Below are positions 13,568 through 25,511 of a stretch of DNA of 64,000 nt, piece after piece. The translations under genes and the position numbers were made by a program. This DNA comes from Octopus vulgaris (lineage: Eukaryota): positions 63,736,001 to 63,800,000 of the forward strand of contig OX597818.1 of assembly GCA_951406725.2 (NCBI GenBank), read 5' to 3'. Numbering within the stretch: the stretch's first letter is position 1; each line of letters begins with the position of its first letter. The notes below the pieces were generated by a model. The model saw nothing but the letters and a program-made list of their open reading frames with translations, had not been told where the DNA came from and did not search any database.

Positions 13568-14859
13568 ACATAAATATATATATATCACCATTTTGATCTT
13601 CAATGCTTTCCTAAGATTGTTCAATTCAATTTTTGTGTGAGCAAATACGTATATCTGATTTCATGTTACAACCTCGTAGGTTTACATTTTTCTGAACATT
13701 TTATTAAAGTAATTGTAAGAGAACTTTCTTTACTAAAGAGCTATGAAAAGTATGTCTCTACATCGAGTTCGTAAATGTCTTGCCACTCAACAAACATTTC
13801 ACTATTTTAAATCATATATTCCGTGTCAATAAGATCATCAACAGAGACTGATAACATTGCCGATGTTTTTATTCCCTAGTTAACACAATTCTGAAGCTTC
13901 AGAACTTTGCTATCATACATGTACACTTTCTAGATAATAGACGTAGAAAATCAGTCTAGGAAAATCAACGGTCTTTGCTTGTTTTCTTTCTCTGCAATGG
14001 CGTAGACTTTTCGGCAATTGGAGCTTCTAAAATGATTCAGTCACTTATATTTTGCAAGGATATTTGATCAGCCTCTCCGTTAACTCTCTTCTAGATTGTA
14101 GGATGTGTGAGAACTTCACTGCATCTTGACTCCACCGTGTCACTTTCTAAATAATTTTCCCAACACTTAGAAAACCATTGTTCTTACAAAATATGAAATA
14201 TGAATGGTTAGAAAACCATTGTTTATACAATATATGTTGCGGAGTAAACAGCCATAAAATGAGATAAACAACTGAAGAGAGAAAGCAAGAGAAGAGAGAG
14301 AGAGAAATTACTCTAGCAACGAAATTTTATATCACATATGATGCCCAAAGTGATGAGAAACAATATTAAACTCGGTAAGATTTGCACACATAGCGAAGAA
14401 CGATAGAATATAATCTGAAATGTATAATGGTTTGTAGTTGATATAATTATCAAACAAACCAGGATATATTGCAGGAGAGGCTTCTGTTTGTCGGCCAGTT
14501 TGTTCATTAATACACATATTGAATAATATTATTAATACAAAAATCTTGATTTATGATATCGAATCTTACATTATGATATCAGAATATATATTCCCTTAGG
14601 CAAATACGGCAATATCCCCTTCAACACATCGAAAAAGTTAAATGAATGAAAAAAATAATACTAATCAAATTCCATATTGTTTCAATATATTTTCGTTTCA
14701 ATAAATGCAGGGATATATTTTGTAATAACCAATGATTCTTAACCTGATTGCAAACATTAAAAAATTATATCATACATTCATATATATATATATACACATT
14801 CATATATATATATATATATATATGTATATGTGTATATGTATATATATATATAGAGAGAG

Positions 14860-14945
<86 letters not shown>

Positions 14946-14996
14946 TTAGATAGATAGATAGATAGATAGATATATAGATAGATAGATAGATAGATA
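14860..14996. repeat. (GATA)n microsatellite
   Basis: Seen directly. Confidence 0.95.
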
Positions 14997-14999
14997 TTA

Positions 15000-15228
15000 G
15001 GGCAGTGAGCTGGCAGAAACTTTAGCACACAGGGCGAAATGCTTAGCGGTATTTCCTCTACCGTTACGTCCTGAGTTCAAATTCCGCCGCGGTCGACTTT
15101 GCCTTTCATCCTTTGGAGGTCGATAAATTAAGTACCAGTTACGCACTGGGGTCGATGTAATTGACTTAATCTCTTTGTCTCTCATTGTTCGTCCCCTCTA
15201 TGTTTAACTCCTTGTGGGCAATAATTAA
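15000..15228 (+). mobile_element. tRNA-derived SINE, family B
   Basis: gagctggcagaaac...gagttcaaattcc B box...gtcgactttgcctttcatcc core; several copies in the window. Confidence 0.88.
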
Positions 15229-15260
15229 TTAAGATAGATAGATAGATACACACGCACACA

Positions 15261-15309
<49 letters not shown>

Positions 15310-15984
15310 GTACACGCACATATGCACACAGACACACACTTGTATGTAAAAGTGTGTGTGTATACATGTGAGTATATATGCGTGCCTCCATATGTGTGAT
15401 TGTGTGAGTGTGTGTGTGTGTGTATGTTTAAGTGTGTGCCTGAGTCTATGCATGCGTGCGTTATATATGTATGTGCTTGTGTGTATGTGTGTATTCGATC
15501 GATATGATGTGAATGAAATGTTCTGGCTTGTAGCCATTTCTTATATGAGCAAAACTATAACAAGGTAAATATGTTTGTGTGTCGGTGTTGGTGTTAGTTA
15601 CACTGGCGTCCATTTGTTCTCGTATTGAATGATTCATGTATCATCATTAGAAATGTCTAGAGGAACACATACAAATATAATAAAATACATACGTTAGAAT
15701 AATTGGAAATGGAATTGAAGAATAAAGCCATTTGTTTAAAATTTCATTCGAATTATTTGAAGAACAAATGTATGTTTAATAGAAAATTATTAGCTGAAGT
15801 TTTGTTTGACGTATTATATTGCCGTTGCTGAAATCGATTCATTTACGGAGAGTCTAGGTAACTCCATTCATAATTCAATAATGATAATAATCTCCATTTA
15901 CGTTCGTTGCAGAATTGAATGAGTTTAAAACTGCATATACTCTGAAATTCTAAATAAACCCTTTTCGTCCTTTCTATTGTAATA

Positions 15985-16042
<58 letters not shown>

Positions 16043-16827
16043 ATCCCAGATATTGATATTTCGATGTTTTGTTTAGGGCTACTTAAAATAAAGCAAGTGT
16101 TTCTTGTCTGTTACAAGCCAAGAAATCTTATGGCAGTTCCTTATTCATAAAAACAAAATTAGTATTTATTACGTGTATTTATTTTCCGTTAAGGGTATAG
16201 TTTTGTATCGAAATCCCTTCTGTATGTTGCTTTAGCATATGGCATGAGATCTCACCATAAAGGAATTGCCCATGTGCTAAGATAACAAACTGTTTGTAAG
16301 ATATGCACTTTAATTATTTCTCATTGTTATAAGCACATTGCATTATCATTTCAGAGAAACATGTTGTTAGAATATAATTGTTACACTTGATGTTGATTTA
16401 ATCATTCTTACTTTAGGATCAGGCGTACCAAGAACACCTGTGTAATTACGGTGTTTTAAGGAAGGGAAATGTACAGGTAATTGTACGCTAAAGACTCCTG
16501 AGTGAGGAAGTGAAGAAATAATTTAATTGAAAAGCAGTATTTCTTAAATAAAGCAGAGATTGGAGAACGCGATAATTGTAATATATTTAATGTTTTTATT
16601 CATGAATATCATATGCATTCGCTATGTAAACTCTAATTCTATTTTCCATCAACATTCTGTAGGATCAGTTGAGATGAGACTATCTATGCAAAGTTAGACC
16701 TGCTAAAAATAGCAGACCCATATCCTCACACATAAGCTCAACTTGTATATTGTCTTTTTTAGGCACGAAAGGATAGAGAAAGTGGTTAACGAAAACATTT
16801 GCCCCTTCAAAATAAGTGTCTATTTAG

Positions 16828-17010
16828 GGCGGCGAGCTGGGAGAAACGTTAGCACGTCTGTCTTAACGTTGTGAGTTCAAATTCCGCTGCGGTCGACTTG
16901 CATCCATTCGGGGTCGAAAAATTAAGTACCAGTTGGTTTCTAGGGTCGATCTAATTGACTGGCACCCTCCCCCAAAATTTAGGGCCTTGTGTCTAGAGTA
17001 GGAGAGATTA
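16828..17010 (+). mobile_element. SINE family B (variant tail)
   Basis: ggcggcgagctggg...gagttcaaattccg...ggggtcgaaaaattaagtaccag. Confidence 0.82.
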
Positions 17011-18801
17011 TAAGTAACTGTGTATCTGTATATCTATTGATATATCCACCGGTCAAATGAACGGCCTACTCGTGATCATTAAGAGAAAAGTGGTTGAGCA
17101 ATGCACAGACACGCATAATCTTAAAAATCTGCAGTATCTATGCAGTATCATGTGTATGTATATATATAGAGAGCAACATAAACAAGAGTAGGTGGCTTAT
17201 ACTCCACTCCCACATATTTTCTGGAAACTCCTATCTTCTATGATTGTCATCATATATATGTGAGTGTATGTGTGCTTCCTTTTCCAACTTTCTTCGCTTT
17301 GGCACCACCAAAATTAACTCCAACATTAAATCTGGTGTAAGTTTCTTTGACACAACACAACAGCACTTTAGTCGTTACATATGCTAACTCAACATTTCCA
17401 CATCTGCGCACACACCAGGTTACTCGACGAACGTGCTCAGGCACACGTAAACACCAGAGATGGGTACATACACACATGACACAACATGCAAACATACATT
17501 CACCCACATGCACACGCACGTCCACATGAAGCAAATAATGCTAATACGCACACGAACACACTGTGGACACTTACGCATGCATACGCAACAGGTATGCACA
17601 CGGTCATTCATACATTAGGGATACCTATCACATTTAATGGCCGGCAGCTGGTGTCGCTAAAGGTTCTCACACATTAATTAGAAAGCGTAGTGCCTCCAAC
17701 ATGTTCAAAGACGCAGTCCGAAAAATACATGTTGGGCTTCCTGTTTCTTGTCGCTGTAATTCAGTACCAAAATCACCCACCATATTCGCCATATTCGTAT
17801 CTGATTGTCCTTTATTCCGCAATCATCAAAATCATTTGGTCGGAACATAGAATGAATTCTGTAGACGAAGTCAGAACAATACTGAAGGAGTATATTTGGT
17901 CACAGAAAAATAAATTTTTGGAATTCTAGCAATTCTACCCGTTATATGGAAGACCATTTTAGAAAATTAAGGAGAGTATATTTTAGATTTAAAAGATAAT
18001 TTGCTTCTCATGAAAAATAAAAGAAGTATAAAGAAACAAAAATATTATTTACGGGATAACCCAGTATATACAGATATGACAAAGAAAATGTTACTTTCAT
18101 CCAATTAAAAATATATCTGATGAATTATGCTAATTATAACGAAAATTTTGTATGTATATAATATGAAGATTTTTTTTACCGATTTGCTTATATTGTGTGA
18201 ATAAATAAAGTATTACAAAAAAAAAATAATAAAATAAAATAAGCGATGAATATCATGATTGCTGAAGTGAAATGAAGTGAAATACGTAAAACCTGTTATG
18301 CTTGTGAATATATTTTAATGCAGTGCTAACTCATGATTTATGTTCGTTAAAAATCCATGCATATAGCTTGAGGTAATGTGTACTTTAGTCAAGATTTGTT
18401 ATTTTCATATTTCTTGCACATACTCGGATGTTCACATATTGCTTTACAAAGTCGCATGATTTTCTTAGAAATCTGTTCAATGCATGCATCTGTAGAAACA
18501 GGATTATTTTTTAATATCTGTTCATTTATCAAGTACGTTTATCACAACTGAAATGCGTATCTTCTCTGGATTTCTTTTATAAATTACAACGGACCTTATG
18601 TTTCTTATCAAATACAGGTTTGTGCATTCAATGACATATGCAATATTGCCCCAGAAAAAACATTTTTTCCAGCTGGGTCTGCCACGTTGCGTTGACAAAT
18701 ACACTTTACTCTACAGTACTGTTACTACACATTTCTGTCTCAGATATACAAAACTGGTCGTTTTTCTCTCTCTCTATATATATATGTATGTATGTATGTA
18801 T

Positions 18802-18839
<38 letters not shown>

Positions 18840-18842
<3 letters not shown>

Positions 18843-19156
18843 CAATATAGGGTGGCAAAAAAAATTTTGTAGAATTCTTTTGCCACCAGCGGCCTAGTGG
18901 GAAAAAATTAAATAGTCATAAACCATTTTTAAGTTCAACATCACAATCAAGGAACGGCCATAATAGGCCATTCACCCACTAGAAATACAGCCAAAAGCTT
19001 TAACGCAAAATAACGTCAATTCCAAACCAGGAGAAAATTTAAAAAATTATGTTTTTTAATTTTCTCCTGGTTTACGGAATTGACGTTATTTTGCGGTTAA
19101 AGCTTTTGGCTGTTATTTCTAGTGGGTGAATGGCCTATTATGGCCGTTCCTTGATT

Positions 19157-19161
<5 letters not shown>
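18840..19161. mobile_element. Unclassified repeat with terminal hairpin and long foldback
   Basis: ggtggcaaaa...ttttgccacc hairpin; 18940-19046 is inverted at 19052-19161; second copy at 52257-52468. Confidence 0.8.
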
Positions 19162-19206
<45 letters not shown>

Positions 19207-19334
19207 AGATAAGAAAATGGAGAAATACATCTAAATCAAATATCAATTACCAGACAATACTCAATCACATACTTTATTAAACCACCATATGTTATCCCAT
19301 GGCGGGTTGCATTTACAACCCCTATCTCAATTTG

Positions 19335-19362
<28 letters not shown>

Positions 19363-19365
<3 letters not shown>

Positions 19366-19739
19366 TTGCGTCAGAAATTAATTAGTACTTCTCAAATTTC
19401 TACATTAAATAGGTTAAATCAATTAACCTATGAGCTGTTCAAAACGTCTTACGCGATGAGAAAACTTAGTATGGTGTGATTTCTGTCCTTGCCAGGCGCT
19501 ACCTATATCTATTAAACAAAGGAAGATTTATCTGCATCCGCACTCCAAGTTGTTGTTGCACTGCTATGTCAACATCATAAGGCTGTAGACTCTCAAACTG
19601 CTCTGCAAACAAAGTTAAGTCATCGTTCTGCGCAACAGTGAACTCGCAACAAAGCAATAGTTCGAGATATGGCCACTAGGTAACAGCACATACCTTGAGT
19701 GAAGAGCAAATCAAGGGTGCTAATTAATTTCTGACGGTA

Positions 19740-19742
<3 letters not shown>
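19363..19742. mobile_element. Tc1/mariner-type MITE or deletion derivative
   Basis: About 27-bp TIRs cacttgcgtcagaaattaattagtac / gtgctaattaatttctgacggtagtg, TA on both flanks within (TA)n. Confidence 0.85.
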
Positions 19743-19775
<33 letters not shown>

Positions 19776-19802
19776 CTCTCTCTTTCTCTGTCTCTCTCTC
19801 TC

Positions 19803-19833
<31 letters not shown>

Positions 19834-20299
19834 ATGTTTATAGCTGTTATTGCATTCTTAGGCAAATATATCCCATTTTCTCAAGCATGTTTCTGTAATA
19901 CATTAGCTAACGCTGAAATTTAGAATGTATAAAGAGACATTACTATCACATGTATTTGACTTCCAGAACGGACGTAGAGCTTGAAAGAGAGAGAAATAGT
20001 TACAGACTTTGTATTGTATGAATAGTTTGGCGGTAATTTATTCTGCTGATCAAAATGTATTTCATGAAGTAGAATATTATCAAAACACATATCCTGGAAT
20101 ACAATTATAAAATTAGACTACAATACAAATCATGATGTCTCATTGTGTGTAGTATCACGAATACTATTTAAATGGCGTATGTAATTATACTAAAACAAAT
20201 CACACATACTGTGAACATATAATGCTTTGTTACTTTGTCTCAGATTAGCGTGTAATTCACTAAAGAATTTACAATATATTAAGATATATTAAGTTAGGT

Positions 20300-20915
20300 G
20301 AAGGCATGGGGAAAAATCTTGGTTTGCAACGATGTTGCTTTGTGTTCGGTCACCATTCACGATGCCTTCTTCGAATATCTTGAACTATTGCCACGGGTTG
20401 GTCAATGATTTTTGTGAACGATTGTCACGCGGAGACTGTCTAGAAGCACGTGTTATATATGTATTTCTTTACTAACCACAAGGGGCTAAACACAGAGGGG
20501 ACAAACAAGGACAGACAAAGGGATTAAGTCGACTCCAGTGCGTAACTGGTACTTAATTTATCGACCCCGAAAGGATGAAAGGCAAAGTCGACCTCGGCGG
20601 AATTTGAATTCGGAACGTAACGACAGACGAAATACGGCTACGAATTTCGCCCGGCGTGCTAACGTTTCTACCAGCTCGCCGCCTTAAGCACGTATTATAT
20701 ATGGATGTGTGTCTGTATGCGCATGTGTTACTTCATGTGTGAGTGCAGTAATATCTGATTTAGTTACCGAAAAGTACTTGACAGACAATGTGGTTCGTTT
20801 ACGGTCCACAAAAATAGCCGGTAATGCAAGTACTAAACTTAATTAAAAGCAAATAATTGTGTCTCTCTGACTAACGCCAATTAACGCGTCACTATTAACT
20901 GAAACAAGTAAAATT
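20300..20915 (+). mobile_element. Highly decayed family A SINE interrupted by a family B SINE
   Basis: gaaggcatgg...gttcggtcacc...gactgtctagaagcacg, resuming after 20703 with cttgacagacaatgtgg...actgaaacaagtaaaa. Confidence 0.55.
20462..20684 (-). mobile_element. SINE family B with 18-bp TSD
   Basis: Near full length; aagcacgt(g/a)ttatatatg at 20444-20461 and 20686-20703. Confidence 0.92.
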
Positions 20916-21599
20916 GAGAAAGGAATCACAACTTAAAGATAAATAAAATGTTCAATAACTCTACGGACTGTTGCTTTATTGCAACCGAGTATAAGTACGC
21001 CGAGAAGACGCAGATAAGGGCACAGCATGCGAAATTCTTAGTGGCATTTCGTCCACATTTACTTTCCCAAATGCCGCTATTCATTCTTTCGTGTGCGATA
21101 ATGTCATTGCCAATTGGAAACTGGATCCTACTTCCACCCCCGAAATTACTGGCCTTCTACCAACACGTGAAACCAACATAACACAGGATATTTAGATACA
21201 ATATTTGAATGAGTGCAGACTAAATATAAGCCTGTTTACTTGGTGAGTATTTGCTAAATTTCTAGCAAAAGAAAAACTTGATATTTATGTTTTGAATTAT
21301 TTATATCAGTCACGTATAATATATATTATCTAAATATAAATAATATATTCACATTTTGCTATTTCTGTAAACAAAAAAGCAACACACACATATGGGCATA
21401 TTTTTATTGATGATGTTATATACTTTCACTTCAGAAGAGATTTCAAACGGCGCCGTTAGTTTATTTGCTGGCGAAAATATTTCTCACCTCATGTCCCCAA
21501 TAAAAGTCTAGTGAATATTAATAAGGGTAATATACTTTGCTGTCAAGAAAGCGGCCACGTTATATTTATATATATTAGCCAATGTTTATAGGATATCAA

Positions 21600-21631
21600 T
21601 ATCAATCAATCAATCAATCTATATATCTATC

Positions 21632-21698
<67 letters not shown>

Positions 21699-21730
21699 TT
21701 ATCTGTCTGTCTATCTCTCCCTATCTCTCG

Positions 21731-21779
<49 letters not shown>
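21600..21779. repeat. (ATCA)n/(ATCT)n/(TA)n microsatellite
   Basis: Seen directly. Confidence 0.9.
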
Positions 21780-21782
<3 letters not shown>

Positions 21783-22065
21783 TAGAACTGTTTACAAGTC
21801 TGACTTTGTGCGGCTGTCCTAGTATGCAGTCCTGCAAATTATATTCATCTGGACGGTCACACCGATGATCTACGGATATTTATGTAAGTAAAATTACGTA
21901 AAATGTTAATAGTGAAACATGTATGCGAATAATCCATATTTTTATTGCTTTTTCTTTTGTCTTGCTCGATTACGTTTTGGTTGTTTTGCTAAATTTTTCT
22001 GGAGGACATTTCTTAGTGGTAAGACCATAGCGGATCTATTTCTAGCATAAGGATCTATTTCTAGC

Positions 22066-22106
<41 letters not shown>

Positions 22107-22199
22107 TATACACACACGCGCGCGCATACGCACACACATACACACATATATATATATATATATGGATGGACTAACACAAATATATAAAGATACCATGCA

Positions 22200-22894
22200 T
22201 TCATCACTTCAAGCTAAAACTTATATTCTTTAAATATCATTTTTACTATTGTTGTTATTACTATCATTTTTATTATAAATGATATGACAATTTGAAATGC
22301 AATTGTCTATGCAGATTTATATAATTAGAAAATAATATAAATAAAGTGTTAAAATCTGAAAGTTAAGTTAACAAGCAATTATATATATAAAAAAGATAAC
22401 GCAAATGAAGCTAAAATGATAATTTTATAATTTGGGTTTTATTGAAGAACTCAAAAGAGTTGTCTCCCCTTACTCACAACACAGGAACTAAAGAACCAGA
22501 ACCACAATTACTACTACTTCCTGTCCTGCAAACATGCTGAATTTAACAACACAACACATGCTCTTAATCCCTTTGGATCTTAACACCTCAAGGTAATTTT
22601 TTTCGTGAACAACCATAAAACTCAAGATACACAACGAACTCACAATGTATCGGAGAACTTATTTTTTAATTTTTGTACATTTTTATCATTATTCTTTTAC
22701 AAAAAACAATACAATTTTCTTTTTTCCCCCTTTCTAATTTTTAAAAAAACTTTTTAAAACATAAATATTCTTGACAAGTCATACAATGACGAAAACCGGT
22801 TGAATAAATATATATTTATATATTTTATCAATTTCTCATTTTATTAAAATTTTGTTTCATTTGAGCATTCTGCATTTTTAAAAAAATTTTTCCT

Positions 22895-22897
<3 letters not shown>
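22200..22897 (+). mobile_element. Penelope-like pseudo-LTR remnant
   Basis: Ends like the 29.9 kb PLE terminus: HHR, then aataaa, gcatttt...ccttac and (TA)n. Confidence 0.55.
22766..22806 (+). ncRNA. Minimal type I hammerhead motif with U3:A8 core
   Basis: tattc-TTGACAA-gtcat(aca)atgac-GAAA-a-ccggTT|gaata; 5-bp stems I and II; one extra A after GAAA. Confidence 0.7.
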
Positions 22898-22949
<52 letters not shown>

Positions 22950-23030
22950 CGTATATAGTATTCAATACTAAGAAAAGGGGAGATTTATCCGATAAACATC
23001 AATTTATTAACACCTTAATAAAATTGTCTG

Positions 23031-23130
23031 CTACCTACAATTGTTTCCATATTCAACTCACTCTATAACGAATTTAATAAATTAAAACTGAATTTTGAAA
23101 ATAGCAAGTTAAATACTTCATCAGGATGAG
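23031..23130 (-). ncRNA. Type I hammerhead motif with long stem II insert
   Basis: Minus strand: catc-CTGATGA-agtatt...aatatg-GAAA-caattg-TA|ggtag; palindrome ACAATTGT; stem I is weak. Confidence 0.55.
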
Positions 23131-23266
23131 AAGTAAAACAGAGAAGAAAGTACATCCTAATTGACCGGGTGACCATTAACAGAATAAACATTTTAAAATT
23201 CGTGTATGTATCTGTGTGTGCGTGTTCATGGTGTTATTTTGAAAAAAAGCCGTTAAATATGTATAT

Positions 23267-23509
23267 ACTCTTTACTATTTCTCTCTCTCTCTTTTACTTG
23301 TTTCAGTCATTTGACTGCGGCCATGCTGGAGCACCATCTTTAGTCCAGGAAATCGACCCCGGGACTTATTCTTTGTAAGCCAAGTACTTATACTATCTGT
23401 CTTTTTTGCCGAACCTCTAAGTGACGGGGACGTAAACACACTAGCATCGGTTGTCAAGCAATGCTAGGGGGACAAACACAGACACACAAACACACACACA
23501 CACATATAT

Positions 23510-23542
<33 letters not shown>

Positions 23543-23680
23543 CATATATACGACAGCTTTCTTTCAGTTTCCGTCTACCAAATCCACTCACTAGGCACTG
23601 GTCGACCCGGGGCTATAGCAGAATACACTTGCCATGTGGTTGGTTAGAAAGCTACTAACCACACAACCACTCCTGCGCCT
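23267..23680 (-). mobile_element. tRNA-derived SINE, family A (internally deleted head)
   Basis: Reverse complement of the 63259 copy, including its internal (CA)/(TA) tract. Confidence 0.9.
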
Positions 23681-23734
23681 ATGTCTTTTGTTTATATTTA
23701 TTTGCGTGCAAGTGCGTCTTAAATTTGATTTAGC

Positions 23735-24075
23735 GTGTGCGTGTTAATGTCTTGGTGGTAACACCCTTGCTTCACAACCACATGGTTCCGTGTACAGTGC
23801 CACAACAGTTCCTTAGGAAGTGTCAGCTACTATAGCCTCGGGCTGACCAAATCCGGTGAGTGGATTTAGTTGACGGAAACTGAAAGAATCCCGTCGTATA
23901 TATGTATATATGTATGTGTGTGTGTATGTGTGTTTGTGTTTGTCTCACCCCAATTGCTTGACAACCGATGTTGCTATGTCTATGTCGCCGTAACTGAAGT
24001 TTCTCCTGAAGATCAGTAGAATAATTACTATGCTTACATATAATAATTCCTGGGGTCGGTTTGTTAGACCCCATA
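23735..24075 (+). mobile_element. Degenerate family A SINE
   Basis: caaccacatggttccg...ctatagcctcgggctgacc...gacggaaactgaaagaa...gcttgacaaccgatg. Confidence 0.8.
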
Positions 24076-24469
24076 ACTTATGGATTGAAACAGATGACAA
24101 ACTTATATACATAGACACATTGAATCTCGCTCACGCAAAGATGTAGAGGTACACACATTCACAAATACAGAAGCACGCACACACAAGAATACATGCGTAT
24201 GCAAAACACATACATACATACATAGTACATACACGCATGCAAACATATATACATAAATATGTGCATGCATACATTGCATACACAAGCACAAAAGTGCACA
24301 CAAACGCAACATGATGTCAAGCAGACAAAAGGTAGGTATCTCCGATAACGGAAAGAATGAACCCTATCAACAAAATGAATGAACTGTAAATACAAATTTT
24401 AAAAAATGAGTAGAAATTGAACTGATGAATGTCTTAAATACTAAGGAGGTGTGACCCTCTCCAGCAACA

Positions 24470-24556
<87 letters not shown>

Positions 24557-24590
24557 CATATGTATATACATATGTATATACATATGTAGA

Positions 24591-25511
24591 AAACTACAAA
24601 TAAAACCCATCCAAAATGAACCAGAAAACCAAAAAAACCTCAGGGAGAAACTAGCTTTTGAAAAATTCAAAACGGAAGTAGAACTCTTGCGGCTCAGAGC
24701 CAACACCAGTGAAGAAAAATCCAAGACCCTTGACAATGAAATGCAGATTGAAATCTCAAAACACTGTGAAGGAGCACTCCTTGATGAAACCACCAAACTC
24801 TGGAGAAAAAACTGCGAGGATGAAGAAATAACATCCCTCCAGCGAATGGAAAAAAACAGCTGGTTCACCAATTATGAAACAGAGTTCACAAAGGAACACC
24901 TTTCAAGCAACCCATATTTTAAAATATCTACTTCAACTCACACCCCTCGCCAAAAACAAAGAAAACCAACCACAAAACACCGAACACACACCACCCCTAA
25001 CATCGACAACAACAACAACAGAACTTACAGACAGCACTACAATCCCATCAAAAGAACCGAGACACCCATCATCACACGACAAAACTTTACCAGACAACGT
25101 AGACCCCAACCCACACAAGAACCGTTCCAGATTCGGAGATCCTACCCATCACTTAGAAACCCATCTCTGAACTATGATTGTAGATTCCAACCCAAACCGC
25201 TCCTAACTCAGAGTTCTCCCCCAACATATAGGAATTCACTCCTAAACCATGAATATAGTTTCCAACCCACTCTAAGGAACCAACATTACACCCAGGACAA
25301 ACGACCCAAACCCTGGAATAACCAAAACTCTTCCAGGAGGCCACACCAACAACCCAGACCCTGGAACAACCAAAACCTCCTCAACAGACAACATAGCAAC
25401 GGGGGACAGAATCACAACAACCAAAACCTCTTCAACAGACATGTCAACGGGGGACAGAATCACATACAGCAAAATACCGCAAATAGAAGAACCCCAGGAT
25501 TCCTTTTTTAG
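24591..25511 (+). CDS. PLE upstream ORF (5'-truncated): helical charged N-part and Q/N/R/P-rich repetitive C-part
   Basis: Open from the element edge (KLQIKPIQNEPENQ...) to TAG 25509-25511; repeats PWNNQN x2 and NGGQNH x2. Confidence 0.7.
   Translation, partial: KLQIKPIQNEPENQKNLREKLAFEKFKTEVELLRLRANTSEEKSKTLDNEMQIEISKHCEGALLDETTKLWRKNCEDEEITSLQRMEKNSWFTNYETEFTKEHLSSNPYFKISTSTHTPRQKQRKPTTKHRTHTTPNIDNNNNRTYRQHYNPIKRTETPIITRQNFTRQRRPQPTQEPFQIRRSYPSLRNPSLNYDCRFQPKPLLTQSSPPTYRNSLLNHEYSFQPTLRNQHYTQDKRPKPWNNQNSSRRPHQQPRPWNNQNLLNRQHSNGGQNHNNQNLFNRHVNGGQNHIQQNTANRRTPGFLF

Noticed and set aside
17250-17672. CA-rich block possibly a solo LTR (similar texture at 61360-61760)
   Set aside because: No clear TG...CA ends with TSD, and no alignment between the two blocks.
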